Positions 1 to 15,464 of a stretch of DNA of 64,000 bases are shown here, one piece after another. The notes under the pieces are model-generated. The model was not told the origin of the DNA. It made no database searches and saw only the letters and a list, made by a program, of their open reading frames with translations. The position numbers were made by a program, and so were the translations under genes. The DNA comes from the human T2T-CHM13v2.0 reference genome, Homo sapiens: the NCBI RefSeq assembly GCF_009914755.1, contig NC_060929.1. One strand, given 5' to 3'. How positions within the stretch are numbered: position 1 is the stretch's first letter; each line of letters starts with the position of its first letter.

Positions 1-24
1 TGGGGACACAGATCCAAACCATAT
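1..24 (-). mobile_element. Terminus of an MST-type MaLR LTR, cut by the window edge and abutting Tigger1
   Basis: Reverse complement reads ATATGGTTTGGATCTGTGTCCCCA, the MSTA-like LTR start. Confidence 0.6.
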
Positions 25-1292
25 TTGTGACTTCCAATTGAAGCCAAGGCTATAGTGTTAAGGCCTTTAAAAATTATGCTAAATGTAATTTGAGTGTTAT
101 CTATGAATAGGATAGCAATGTCTAGATGATAGCATATTTGTTTACATAGTGGTTTACTAAATACTTTAAGCCCACTGTTGAGACCTACTGCTCAGAATAA
201 AATATTTCTTTTAAAGTGTTACTGCTCATTGACAATATACCTAGTCATCCAAGAGATCCGATGGAAATTTACAAGGAGATTAATTCTGTTTTCCTGCTTG
301 CTAACACAACATCTATTCTGTAGCTCATGGATCAAGGAGTAATTTTAACACTTAAACCTCATTATTTAAGAAATAGTTTTTTAAGGCTATGGTTTCCATA
401 GATAGTAATTCTTCTCTTGGATCTGGGCAAAGTAAACAGAAAACCTTCTGGGAAGGATTCACGATTTTAGATGTCATTAAGAACATTTGTGATTCATGGG
501 AAGAGGTAAAAAAATAAACAGTAATAGGAATTTGAAAGCAGTTGGCTCCACAACTCATAAATGACTTTGAGAAGTTCAAGACTTCAGTGGAAGAAGTTAC
601 TGCAGATATGGTACAAATAGCAAGAGAATTATAATTAGATATAAAGCCTTGAGATGTGAATGAATTGTTGCAATCTCATGGTAAAATGTGAACAAATGAG
701 GGGTTGCTTCTTATGGATGAACAAAGAAAGTGGTTACTTGAGATGGAATTTATTCTGGGTAAAGATGCCATGAAAATTGTTCAAATGACAACAAACATTT
801 TGAATATTACATAAACCTAGTTGATGAAGCAGTGGAAATGTTTGTAAAGATTGACCTCCAATTTGAAAAAAGTTTTACTACAGCTGGAATGTTGTCAAAC
901 ATCACCACATTCCACAGAAAAATCTTTCATTAAAGGAAGCGGAAGCCTATTGCAAACTTCATTGCTGTCTTATCTTAAGAAAGTGCCCCAGCCACCACAA
1001 ACTTCAGCAGCTACCACCTTGATCAGTCAGCAGCCATCAACATCAGGGCAAGACACTCCACTAGCAAAAAGATTATGACTCACTGAAGGCTCAGATGATT
1101 GCTAGCATATTTTAGTGGTAAAAGATTTTGAAATTAAGGTATGTATATTGTTTTTTGGACATAATGATATTATACACTGAATAGACTACAGTATAACATA
1201 ACTCTATATAACCTTGGAAATAAAAAGAAATATGTCACTTGCTTTTTGCTGTGATCTGGAACCAAATACACAATATCTTGAAGATATGCCTG
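25..1292 (+). mobile_element. Tigger1 DNA transposon, 3' part (decayed pogo-type transposase and right TIR)
   Basis: Tigger1-like sequence (ttaagcccactgttgagacctactgctcag; tcagcagccatcaacatcag). Ends caatatcttgaagatatgcctg followed by a TA target dinucleotide at 1293-1294. Confidence 0.88.
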
Positions 1293-2413
1293 TATTGAGA
1301 ATATCTTATTTTAAATGGAAAATAAGTTAATGATAATACAGTATGGTTTTTCATGAATTGGATAGAAAAACATTGTGATTTATCAACATCACTTTCATAA
1401 TTAAATTTTCATTTCTCTGATTAGGTCTTAGAAAGAAATGAGCCAAAATAAATAGGCTCTGGCTTCTGAAATGACTACCTTTTCAAGACATAAGTACTGG
1501 GGTGGTTGTTTTGATTTATTAGAAACTTGAGCTTCTGCAATTTGTATCATGTTATAAGTCCTAAATATGTTACTCTGATTCCTCTTGGACAAAATATAAA
1601 TGGGGACTGGTCTATCTGAAACGTTGGTTCTGGAGTAGCCAGTGGACAATCTACCATCAGAGATCTCTTCCCAGGAAAAATCCCTGACCTGGTTTGATAA
1701 TGCAAAAGTAGATAGTTTGTGTTACTTATATCCTTATTCATAAACTTGTTTGTAATGTACAGTTAGTGGTATATGTTAAGGCATAGTCCATACAAGTGCA
1801 CCAGAGTCCAGATTCAGGCCACTGGAACTAGTATGAAGGTCCAGGAGCAAAAGAAACCTAGATTAAAGCAATTTTTATGAGTTTGACTCAACTGTAGCTT
1901 GTGATTTGATCATATGTGGAAAACATGAAGAAAGGGTCATTCTTTGCTTTCTCATCCATTTCACAGGGTAGGTATCAAAGTAAAATTTCTGTGTGTGCTT
2001 ATATTGAAAGACAAATTTTAACTAGTGAAATATGGATTACAAGATACTAATTAAGTTTGCAAAAGTTAAATTACCCTAATGTATTTTAATTTCACTTTGA
2101 TTTGCCTGGCCCTGCCTTTATTCTCTACCCCAACTCCCACCTCTGATCCATTGTAAGCTCCTAGAAGTAAGGGACTTGGATTTGTTTAATAAACTATACC
2201 TAATTCTTAGAATCACACTGAGCACCTTTTAGGTAAAAGATGCATTTAAATCATTAAATGAAAGAATGAATAAGATATCTAATTTAAAATATTAACATAT
2301 TTTAAAAATAACATTCAACATTCAAAAATACATGTCTAGAGATGTTATTCTAGAAATATTTTGTGAATAATTGCAACATTTCAGCTCGCAAATAATTGAA
2401 ACAAATAATTTTT

Positions 2414-5400
2414 TATAATTTTCTTTTATTTTTAGTTTTTGTGGGTACATATAGGTATATATTTTTATAGAGTACATGAGATATTTTGATACAAGCATGG
2501 GATGAGTAATAATCACATAATAAAAAGTTGAGTATCCTTTCAAGCATTTATCCTTTGTGTTACAAGCAATCTAATTATACCATTTTAGTTATTTAAAAAC
2601 GTACAATTAAATTATTTATTGACTATAGTCACTCTGTTGTGCTATCAATACTAGGTCTTATTTATTATTTCTGTTTTTTTTGTTTACCCGTTAACAATCC
2701 CTACTCCCACTTTCCACCCACCTACTACCCTTCCCAGACTCTGGTAACCATCTTTCTATTCTTTATCTTCATAAGTTCAATTGTTTTGATTTTTAGATAC
2801 CACAAATAAGTGAGAACATGTGAAGTTTGTTTTTCTGTTCCTGGCTTATTTTACTTAACATAATGACCTCCAGTTCCATTCATGTTGTTACAAATGACTG
2901 AATCTCATTTTTTTTAATAGCTGAATAGTACTTCACTGTGTCTAAGTACCACATTTTCTTTATCCATTCATTTGTTGATGGACACTTAGGTTGCTCCCAA
3001 ATCTTGGTTATTGTTAACTATGCTAAAACAAACATGAGAATGCAGATATCTCTTCAATATGCTGATATCCTCTGGGTTTATACCCAGCAGTAGAGTTACC
3101 GGTTCATTTGTAGCTGTATTTTTCATTTTTGGGGGAACCTTCAAACTGTTCTCCACCGTCGTTGTACTATGAAAATTTACATTTCCAATGAAAATGTATG
3201 AAGGTTCCCTTTTCTCCCCATCCTCACCAGTGTTTGCTATTGCTTAACTTTTGGATAAAAGCCATTTTAACTGAAGTGAAATGATATCTCACTGTAAGTT
3301 CTGACTTCCATTTCTCTGATGATCAGTGATGCTGAGTACCTCTTCATATGCCTGTTTGGAATCTGTATGTCTTCTTTTGAGAAATGTCTACAGAGACCCT
3401 TTGTCTATTTTTTTCAATGAGATCACTAGAAGTTTTCTAAAGAGGTGTTTGGGTTCCATATACTCTGGTTATCAATCCCTTGTCAGATGGGTAGTTTGCA
3501 AATATTTTCTCTCATTCTGTGGGTTGTCTCTTCACTTTGTTGATTGTTTCCTTCATTGTACAGAAGCTTTCTAACTTGGTGTGATCTCATTTGTTCATTT
3601 TTGCTTTGGTTGCTTGTGCTTGTGGGGTATTACTCAAATTTTTACCCACACCAATGTCCTGAAGAGTTTCCTCAATACGTTTTTGTAGTAGTTTCATAGT
3701 TTGAGATCTTAGATTTAAGTCTTTAATCAACTTTGATTTTTTTAAATAAGGCAAGTGACAGGGTAGAGCCCTATCTAGACTAGATGTTTAATTCTTCTGC
3801 ATATTGCTATTTAGTTTTCCCAGCCCCGTTTATTGAAGTTACTGTTTTTTTCCCCAATGTATGTTCTTGACCCCTTTGTCAAAAATGAGTTCAATGTAGG
3901 TGTGTGGATTTATTTGTCCATTCTCTATTCTGTTCCTTTGGTCTATGTGTCTGTTTTTATGCCAGTACCATGCTGTTTTGGTTACTATAGCTCTGTGGTA
4001 TAATTTGAAGAAAGGTAATGCAATTCCTCCAGTTTTGATATTTTAGTTCAGGATAGCTTTGGTTATCCTGGTCTTTTGTCATTCCATATACATTTTAGGA
4101 TCATTTTCTCTATTTCTGTGAAGAATGTCACTGGTATTTTGATAGGGATTGCATTGAATCAGTAGATTGCTTTGGGTACTGTGCAGATTTTAACAATATT
4201 GTTCCTCAAATTCATGAACATGAAATATCTTTCCATTTTTGGTGTCCTCTCAAATTTATTTCATTAGTGTTTTATAGGTTTTGTTGTAGAGATCTTTCAC
4301 TTATTTGGTGATGTTAACTCCTAGGTATGTAATTTTATTTGTGGTTATTGTTTATGGTATTATTTTATTGATTTCTTTTTCAGATTGTTCAGTGTTGGCA
4401 TTTAGAAATGCTACTAATTTATGTATGTTGATTTTGTATCCTGCAGCTTTAGTGAATTTATAAGTTATAATATTTTCCTGATAATAGTCTTTAGAGTTTT
4501 CTAAATATATGATTATATCATCTGCTAACAAGGACAGTTTTTCTTCCTTTCCAATTTGGATGCTATTTATTTCTTTCTCTTGTCTAATTGCTCTAGCTAA
4601 GACTTCCAGTACTATGTGAATAACAGTGGTGAAAATAGGCATCCTTGTGTTTCAGATGTAAGAGAAAAGGCTTTGAGTTTTTCCTCATAATACATGTGGG
4701 TCTGTCATATATGGCCTTTATTACGTTGAAGTGTGTTTCTTTTATATGCATGTTTTTGAAGGTTTTTATCATTAAGTGATGTTGAACTTTTTCCATCCCT
4801 TTATTTTCAGTCTACGTGTATCTTTATGTATGAAGTGTATTTCTTATAGGCAACAGATCATTGAGTACTTTTTTTTATCCATTCAGCCCCTCTCTGTCTT
4901 TTGATTGGAGAGTTTAGTGCATTTGCATTCAATGTTATTATTGATAAGTAAAGACTCACTCTTGCAATTTTATTACTCGTTTTTTGACTGTTTTGTGGCC
5001 TTTCTCTTCCTTCTTCTCTTCCTGTCTTCCTTTTAATGAAGATAATTTTATCTAGCAGTATGCTTTGATTTGTTGTTTTTTATTTTTGTGTATTCATTGT
5101 ATATTTTCTGATTTGAGATAACCATTAGGTTTCCAAATACTATCTCATAACCTATTATTTTAAACTGATGAGAAATTAATTCTGATTGCATAACAAAAAC
5201 ACAAAATAAAACTAATGATAACCCTATTCTTTATCTTTATTTTCCAGCTTTTAAACTTTTTCTGTTTCTCTTTATGTCTTATTGTACCGTCTGTATCTTG
5301 AGCAGTTGCTGTAATTATATTTTTTGATTGGTTCATCATTTAGTCTTTCTACTTTAGTCAAGACAATTTTACACACCAAAATTATGGTGTTACATCATTC

Positions 5401-7135
5401 TGTGTTTTTGCATGTTCTTATTATTAGCAGTGAGCTTTAAATCTTCAAATGATTTTTTTGTTGTTGTTCATTAATATCCTTTTCTTTCTGACTGAAGTAC
5501 TCCCTTTAGCATTTCTGGTGGGACAGGTCTGGTGTTGATGAAATTACTCAACTATTGTTTGTCTGGGAATATCTTTATTTCTCCTTCGTGCACAGAGAAT
5601 ATATTCACTGGATATACTATTGTAGGGTAAAAGTTTTTTTCCTTCAATACCTTAAATATGTTGTGACACCCTCTTCTGGCCTGTATGGCTTCCATTAAAA
5701 AGTCTGCTGCCAGACATATTGGAGCTCCGTTATATGTTATTGGTTTCTTTTCTCTTGCTGCTTTTATAATTCTTCATTTATCCTTGACATTTGGGAATTT
5801 GATTATTCAATCCCTTGTGGTAGTCTTCTCTGGGTTAAATCTGCTTGGTGTCCTATAACTTTCTTTGTAATTTAATGTTGATATCTTTCTCTTGATTTGG
5901 GATATTCTATATTATCCCTTTGAATAAGCTTTCTGCTCCTATTTTTTTCTCTACTTCATCTTGAAGGCCAATAACTCTCAGATTTGCCCTTTGGAGTCTG
6001 TTTTCTAGATCTTGTAGGTGTGCTTCATTGTTTTTTATTTTTTATTATTTTGTCTCCTCTGACTGTATTTTCAAATAGCCTGTCTTCAAGCTCACTAATT
6101 CTTTCTTCTTCCTGATGAATTCTGCTATTAGGAGACTGTGATGAATTTTTCAGCATGTCATTTGCATTTTTCAACCCTAGAATTTCTGCTTCATTCTTTT
6201 TAATAATTTCAATCTCTTTGTTAAATTTATCTCATATAATTCTGATTCTCTCCTCTCTGCTATCTGAAATTTTTTTGAGTATCTCTAAAACAGCACATTT
6301 AATTTTCTGCCTGAAAGGTCATGTATGACTGTTTCTCCGGGATTCATCCCTGGTGCCTTATTTAGTTCATTTGATTAGGTCATGTTTTCCTGGAAGGTGT
6401 TGATGCTTGTAGATGTTTTTTATTGCCTGGGCATTGAAAAATAGATATTTATTGTAGTTTTCACAGTCTGGGCTTATTTGTGTTTGTCTTTCTTTTGAGG
6501 ACTTTCCAGGTATTTGGAGGGACTTGGGATTCAAGCCCAATAACACTGTGGTTTTTTCAAACTTGTAGCAGTACTGTCTTGATGGTCTTGGATGAGTTCT
6601 GGAAGAGATCTCTGAGTTACCAGACAGAAACCCTTGTTTTTGTTTTGTTTTCTTTTGTTTTTTTCATTTACTTTTTCCCAAACCTACAATCTCTCTGTCT
6701 TTACTGAGCACCCTGGAAACAGGGAGTGTGGTGATGCAAGCACCCCTGTAGCCGTTATTGCCATGATGCCCAGGGCTCTTTGCTTTAGAGTGGCAAGTTC
6801 CCCCAGGCCCTTGGAGTATCCCAGGGATTAGAGTAAAAAACTTTAGCAGTTTATTTAATATTCTATTCTACTACAGCTAAGCTGGCACTCAAAACACATG
6901 ATGAAGTCCTTCTTACTCTCCCCTTTTCACAGGCAGAAGAGCCTGTCCATGTGGCCACTACTACCACTGGCCCATGGCGAGTTCTGCCAGGTTTCTGAAG
7001 ATCTTTGCTTCAAGCCCAAGGGCATCTGCATCAGCTTGTGGTAAATGCTGCCAGGCTTGGAACTCACCCTCCAGTGGAGTGGTCTCCTTTCTGGCCCAGG
7101 GCAGGTCTAGAAATGCTGTCCAAGAGCATAAGGTC
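2414..7135 (-). mobile_element. Old L1 (L1MA2/3-like): 3'UTR, 3' ORF2, ORF1 and 5' region, with an internal deletion
   Basis: L1MA-type 3'UTR at 2414-2900. ORF2 RT peptides in the ORF track (IVLEVLARAIRQEKEINSIQIGKEE, LSLLADDIIIYLEN). Jumps to inter-ORF/ORF1 sequence at about 4790. The 5' boundary is approximate. Confidence 0.85.
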
Positions 7136-7559
7136 AATACTTTTGCCTATGATCCAAGACCATTAATATGCATACCTATTATTTGTAGGAAAGGAGTCAC
7201 AAACACCAGTGTTTTCCACAAACACATCAGTGGTGACTGACATATTGTTAAGATTTGTTTATTATAAAAGCTTACTGCTACCTTAAAGTGAGTGGAGTTT
7301 GGCCTGGAAAATATAGAAGAACAGAGAACAACAACAAAAACAAGTAAACATAATCCAAATCTGAGAGGCGTGGGAAAACTTAAAATGTTCAGTGAGAAGT
7401 CTAATCTTGATCTCAGTGAGGAGCTCAAACAGGCTTAATAATGGTTTGTCACCCAAATGATGTTCAAAAGTGCTGAAGTTAATAATGCATCTAATCCAGA
7501 AATAAAGCATCCTTTGAGATAACCAGCTCGGCTATTCTTAGATTGCCAATGGAGCTCTT

Positions 7560-8188
7560 TTTTTTTTAATTATACTTTAAGTTTTAGGTTACATGTGCAC
7601 AATGTGCAGATTAGTTACATATGTATACATGTGCCATTTTGGTGTGCTGCACCCATTAACTCGTCATTTAACATTAGGTATATCTCCCAATGCTATCCCT
7701 CCCCACTCCCCCAACCCCACAACAGGCCCCAGTGTGTGATGTTCCCTTTCCTGTGTCCATCTGTTCTCATTGTTCAATTCCCACCTACGAGTGAGAGCTT
7801 GCAGTGTTTGGTTTTTTTGTCCTTGCAATAGTTTGCTGGGAATGATGGTTTCCCGCTTCATAAAGACATGAACTCATCATTTTTTATGGCTGCATAGTAT
7901 TCCATGGTGTATATGTGCCACATTTTCTTAATTCAGTCTATCATTGTTGGACATTTGGGTTGGTTCCAAGTCTTTGCTATTGTGAATAGTGCCACAATAG
8001 ACATATGTGTGCATGTGCCTTTATAGCAGCATGATTTATAATCCTTTGGGTGTATACCCAGTAATGGGATTGCTGGGTCTAATGGTATTTCTAGTTCTAG
8101 ATCCCTGAGGAATCGCCACACTGACTTCCACAATGGTTGAACTAGTTTACAATCCCACCAACAGTGTAAAAGTGTTCCTATTTCTCCA
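7560..8188 (-). mobile_element. 5'-truncated L1PA (PA3-5-like) with a perfect TSD
   Basis: Poly-T, L1PA 3'UTR and ORF2 C-terminus ([20 protein letters not shown]). Exact 14-bp TSD CCAATGGAGCTCTT at 7546-7559 and 8186-8199. Confidence 0.95.
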
Positions 8189-10412
8189 ATGGAGCTCTTA
8201 TGTTTCCATGTAGAACAGTAGCAACAGCAACAAACTTGGTAGAGACTTATCTTAGATCTTTCTGTGCTGATCCAGTACATGATCCACCGTGACAATGAGT
8301 AGGTGCACTGGAGGAATGAGTTGACGTTGAGAGTCAGTTCTGTTATGAAAACCTGTGTGTCATGTGCAAAAGGGGCCCAGCATCCACCAGGAGCTACTGG
8401 CAGTGGCTCATTGATCTTCCCATTTACTGCACATGAGCTGGAGTAGAGTTTTGCTCAATGATGAAGTATAAATGTGGAGTGTGGATCCCAGGAGATGATA
8501 ATGGTCATACTGAGTTTAAAATAATTCTGTTTCATCGCATGGCTTTGCAAAGCATTATAAATAACCAGATGCTGAGTATTATGTACAAAGCATAGAAAGA
8601 GATTTGGACATGTGAGGCTCTCTACGTAAAAAGCAATTAACTCATGTTCTTGACATGTCTATCAAAATGCCACTTGCTAGCACAACATTGACTGTTGAGT
8701 GCCTTTTCTGTAGAATTTATATTCTTTCCCCACACTGGGAATCACCAGAGTAACCTTTTTACTCTGTTTTCTTAGCTCTCACCCTACCTCCTTCTGCTCC
8801 TTGCCGTCTGTCTCTTTTCATTTGTGAATTTGATTAGTTTATAGGGAAGAACATAGAGTCAGTGCCCTCCAAAGTTTAACTAAAAAGCCTGAAAGCTCAT
8901 GTATTTAAAACAGCACACATAATGTAAATAACCTATATCTATGAACTATATCCCTTTACGACAGAGATTAAGTTAAAAACGTAGTGTTTAAGTTTGACAT
9001 GAGACTTGAGTACTCAAATAATATCACATCAGGGGAAATGCCACATTTTTTTGCAGTCTACTTCACTGCTAGTAAGGAAAGACCAATTAAAAAATAGGGA
9101 TCGGTAAATATGTTGTCTTGATAATCTAGGGTAAAGGATATGTTTGCATATAGATTCTTTGCTGTATTAGCTCAGCTGAACTTTATCTTTTCCCTTGACA
9201 CCCTGCTGATTTCCAGCATATGTGTGTGTAATCACTAGTGTGTGACCTTCTACTGTTTGCCACTTAAATATCTGTTCCCTTGCTTTTTGCCAGCTGTACT
9301 AAGCAATGTTCTCAGGTATATTTTTGGTCCTGTCAGCAATTTAAGCATCAGAAAAAACATAGCTGTGGGTATCTCAAAAATTATCCTTTCCTTTCTCATT
9401 GTGTTCTCCATTCCACTTTTGAATATAATTGATTACAAGTCTAATGAATGATCTTACTATTGTTAATACATTAACCTTTTTCTTCAATTTAAATTCAGTA
9501 TCCAAACTACATATCTTCAAAAGGGATATATCCACGCAAAGAAGGAGGAGAAATAAAATGCACAATAAATATTTGAGATAAAATCCTTATGATAGTCACT
9601 TGAAAACTTATTTGCTGTATTTTCTCCTATTTCTCCCCTTGCCCTAAACAACATAACCTGAACTAGTTACAATATGAAGAGAATGTCAATATTAATTGGA
9701 GTGTTTTGACTTCATCAGGAAACAACGAAAAATCAGAAGCTCTTAAAGCAGTAAGTTTCATCTTCTGGGAGGTTAATTTCCTTCGGAAGTTATATTAACT
9801 CCTTCTCACCACATGGGCATTATGTACTCTTAGTGTTACTGTTGTCTTTATAAATAGCCCTCCAGTGGCCCTAAATAGTAATTAAAGCTTTGCAATATGC
9901 CTAAATTGTTAAAGTATAAAAAGAGTAATGTAGATATGTGAAGAGTGTAGCTTGACAAATTACAATGATCACTTCTTTTCTTTCAGATTGAACATTTTTC
10001 CCCCCAACTACATTTTCCTCTTCCTTGAACAGGATAAATTTCAACTGGCAGGGCCACTAATAGTCTCAGTTTCACTATCTAATGATAACTGTATTCAGAT
10101 GCAATGGTCTTTGACAAATTGAATTCTAATGTTTAATGTATGCAGATCTTCTTTGTTCTGAATGTGGGAAGATGGAATTCCGTGCTTCAAGCTGACAGCA
10201 GTAGTTTGCATAATACTGATTTTAAGACTATCTTGTGATATATAATCTACTTCTTTACCACAGAAGAGGATTTAAAGCTTGGGACATGTGTCTGCATCTC
10301 ACTATTTGACGTTTCCGCAAAAATAATATTAAACTTTCCCCGTTGACTCAATATAGGGTTCGTAGAATATGAGTGTTTTAGAGTGAATTAGAGTGTTCCC
10401 TCAATTTGATAA

Positions 10413-10713
<301 letters not shown>

Positions 10714-11543
10714 CAATTTTTTTAAAATTGGAAATTTTGTAATTATTTTTTCTCACTGTTAAGTCTTATAAATCCTTGTTATATTTATCTTAGAACCCTC
10801 AATTTTCTTTTAAACCCACACATGCATTGTGCATGCACACACTAACACACATACAAAACTAACATTCCCATGATTTCTGAATTCACTTTATGTACCTATA
10901 CAGATACTTCTTAATTTACAATGGGGCTATGTTCCAATAAACATGTTGCTGGCTGAAAATATTGTAAGTTGAAATGTATAAAATATACCTAATGAATTGA
11001 ACATCATAGCTTAGCTTAGCCTAACTTATACATGCTCAGAACACTTACACTAACCTACAGATGGGTAAAGCCTATGTTAACACAAAGCCTATTTTATAAC
11101 AAAGTTTTCAATATCTTATGTAGTTTATTGAATACTAAACTGAAAGTGAAAAACAGAATGGTTATAACAGAATAAAAAGATAACCTGCAGAAAGAAAGAA
11201 AATATTTGCAAAGTCATTCATTTGACAAGGAATTAATATTCAGAATACAAAAGAAACTCAAACAGCTCAACATCAAAGAAAAAAATTGAATAAAAATTGG
11301 CAAATTAGCCAAATAGACATCTCTCAAAAGAGGACATACAAATGGCCAAGAGGTATATGAGAAAATACTCAACATCGTTAATCATCAGGGAAATGCAAAT
11401 TAAAACCACAATGAGATATAATCTCCCTCTAGTTACAATGGCTATTATAAAATAGACAAAAGATAACAAATGCATAGAAAGGGGAACTCTTATACACTGT
11501 GGTGGAAATGGAAATTAGTATAGCCATTATAGAAAACACTATT

Positions 11544-11780
11544 GGCTAGGTACAGTGGCTCACTCCTGTAATCCCAGCACTTTGGGAGGCCAAGGCAGGC
11601 AGATGACCTAAGGTCAGGAGTTTGAGACCAGCCTGGCCAACATGGTGAAACCCTGTCTCTACTAAAAATACAAAAAATTCACCAGGCATGGTGGTGCATG
11701 CCTGTAATCCCAGCTACTTGGATGGCTGAGGCAGGAGAACCGCTTGAACCCAAGAGGGGGACGTTGCAGTGAGTTGAGAT
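11544..11780 (+). mobile_element. AluS lacking its 3' end and tail
   Basis: Alu dimer stops at gcagtgagttgagat and runs directly into L1 3'UTR sequence. Confidence 0.9.
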
Positions 11781-11905
11781 GCTGGGAAGGGAAATGGAGA
11801 GGAAGAACAGTACAAAATTGGTTAACAGATAAAAAATTACAGCTAGATAATAGGAATCAGTTTTACTACTGCTTTAAGCACTGTAGGTGACTATAAAAAA
11901 AATTA

Positions 11906-12233
<328 letters not shown>

Positions 12234-15115
12234 CTAAAAGAGCAAATTTTGAATGATTCCAACACAAATAAATAATAAATGCTTGAGGTGATGAATGTGC
12301 TAGTTACCCTGATTAGATCATTACACATTGTATATACATGTACCAAATACTACACTGTACCCCATAAATATGTACAATTCCTATATATTAATTAAAAATA
12401 ATTTTAAAAAGCAAAAAAACCCCTCAGAATGGTTGTATAGCTACTTGAAGTATGGTTTTGTTTTTGTAAATTCAAAAAATTGTTGACCCATCATCAGTCA
12501 GAGATCCATTCATATGCACTGTACACATATATCTTTAATATCTTCTTGCTTCTGTTTTATAATATTATTTTGCCAATATTATGTTTTTGTGATATCATTC
12601 ATTTATTTTTAAAGATTAAAATTATACTTTAATAAAATGAATTATGTGTCATTGTCTAATTTTAATTTTGTAAATAAATTTTCTTTTATGGCCTATTTGT
12701 CCATGTGTTTAAGAGTGACGGAGTTTCATTCTAGATGTAAATTCATTTTCCCTTTTGCATCTATCTCTTTGTGTTTTACTCTCTGTGTCTAGAAGTTTTG
12801 GCAATGACTTCAACCAACCACAGTTTCTATCAGTCCAAAAGCAGCATGGAGACTTTGTCCCTTGGTGACAGTAGATATTTGTAGATCTAGACACCAAGCC
12901 ATCGGGGTGGTTTGTCTCAGTCCCCACCTCTCCCAGGTCCCCCAAATAATTCATAGTCTCAGGGAATGATGAGCTGGCAGCAGCTTTTCCATTCTTTTCT
13001 CAGCAAGTGGTTCTCACCCCAGATGTCTGTTTTAGAGTACAGAGCCTTGTTTTGTTTTTGTGCTTTAAATGGAATTATTTACTTTTATTACAGAGAAAGC
13101 TTTTCTTCTGATCTCTGTTGCCTGCTGGCTGGGGGTCAGGAAGCTTGAAACCTTGGCCCCATGCTCTGAGGTATGTTTGAGTTCTGAATATGGATTATGG
13201 AAATGGTTACCTTATAGTTGAACAAAGCAAGTTCTTTTCTACTCTCAGGTTATTAATTGAAACTATCATGATGTATGTGTGTGTGTGTATGTATATGTAT
13301 TTAGGTTTGGGAGTTATACTCAAATTATGGTTTTAAAGTATCATCTTTATTGAAAGTCATGCAGATTGTTATTATGCAGTGAAATTTATTGTATAGTTTC
13401 AAATTCTGCCACTGTAGCTATGAATAAAGCTGTTTTTGAAATCATCAGTAAACACTAAACTAAGCTCTATATCTAAGAAAAACTTTGTATTTTGTACTAT
13501 TTTTATAGAACAGTGTGTGTTTTTCTCTGTTAACTTTATTTTGAGTAACCTGATAACATTAGCTATAGATTGAGTCTACAAATAATAATCCTAGAAATTC
13601 AGTGAATAATAATGTTGATTAGTGTTATAAAAGTTCCTTGATATTAAGATTCATAGAAAGTGATCATTCCTTTGGCAAATTGTTACATGGGGAACTAAAT
13701 ATTGTCTCTAAAAATTCAGATTCGCAATCCAAACAAGAAGATAAAAATAAAAATAAAGACTTTTAAATATGTTCAATTATGTTCATGTTACATATTTAGT
13801 TTTTTTCAGTTGAGTGATCACTGATTTGCTGGAATAAAATTTTCTGTTCAGGGTTAAATAGGCTTAAAATTTTTAAACCATCAAAATATAAAAATAAAAC
13901 TTTAAATTTGCATTGTGTAAATAGAACAATATCCATAATTTACTACTGGAAGGAAACATTTTTATTTTAACCTATTTTATTTATAAATAATGATATGATC
14001 ACTGTTTATATTTGTTATATCATATATTTGAAATAACATAAATAAGAAAATTGTATATTTGAACTATTAAGTGTATTTGAAGACGCATTCATTAGTATTA
14101 AATATTTCATGAGTGGTGAGTAAAATACTCTCTCTTGATTAATATTATCATATATTAAACTGGTAACATTATTCAGATAATTGTTTTTTAGTGTTTTCTC
14201 AGCTAGAAATTAGCAGTAATTGAAGCAGAAGTCTTATCTGATGATTATATTTTTTAAAAACATTATAAATGACATAATCCCAGAAAAATTTTAAAACCAT
14301 TTGTATATGGTGTAGTGCTCTTATATATGTTTCTTCCTAAAAAAAGTGGATAAATGATATTTATTTAGAGATTTTGAGACTTCTAAAATACTTGCCTTCA
14401 ATTATATCAGGAAATCTCAGATAATTTTTTTCTTGCCAAAACTTGTGCATGCCTCTTTATCCAGAATTAAATTTAAAATTTTCTCCCTATTTTTCATATT
14501 TCTGCTTAGGCTAATTAAATGAGTTACTAAACTTCCTAGTTGGATAGAAGGCATCTAGTGTTTTAATCTTTCTGTGCTACAAATAGTATCTAATAGTGTC
14601 TTCTACAATTCAGATTGAAAGGTATAAATTAGTCTTTGTTGTCCTCTGTATCTAATTTCTACAATAAGTTATAAATATGTTTTTCAAATTGAGAATCATA
14701 AGATAATCAAATAACCAGTAATCAGTAACTTTAACCATATGATATATAATATATAGTTATATATGTATATATATTAAGATTTTAAGATTTATGGGCATGG
14801 AATAAATATTTTAATTCTACCAATAAGAAGCTTAAATGTTTTATTTTCCAATATTGTAAAAAGTAATACAAATATCACTATATCAAGACAAAATACAGAT
14901 ATCGACATAATTAAACTGTTATCTATATTTTCATACATACATACGTACATTCATATTTCTAAATCCTCATGGAGGACTAATGAAACAAGTGTAAGTCATA
15001 GCTATAATGTTTCAGAAAAGAAAAAAAAATTGTAAGTCTTGCTCTACCTAACATAAAATCATAGAAATAACAGACTCAAAATAGTAGGGCACTATTAAAA
15101 TGAGTTATAAGGAAT

Positions 15116-15464
15116 TGCTATGATTTAAATGTCTCCTCCCAATTTTATGTGTTGCAAACAATGCGCAATGCAATAGTGTTGGGGATGGGACTTTGAAAGG
15201 TATTTGGGTCATTAAGGGTCTGCCTTCAGGAAAGGATTAATGCTGTTATATAAAGGCTTGCAGGAGTGAGCTCTTATGCTCTTCTCCCATGTGAGAAACA
15301 GCGTTCAAGGCGCCATCTTGGATATGGAGACCAGGCCCTTTTAAATTTGCCTGTGTCTTGATCTTGGACTTTCCCGCCTCTGGAAATGTGAGTAAATAAA
15401 TTTCTGTCTTTATAAATGACCCCGTCTGTGGATTTTGTTATATCAGAATGAAATGGACTAAACA
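15116..15464 (+). mobile_element. MaLR solo LTR (MST-type)
   Basis: tgctatgatttaaatg...aataaatttctg...aaatggactaaaca; flanks ggaat/gaaat (4/5). Confidence 0.8.
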
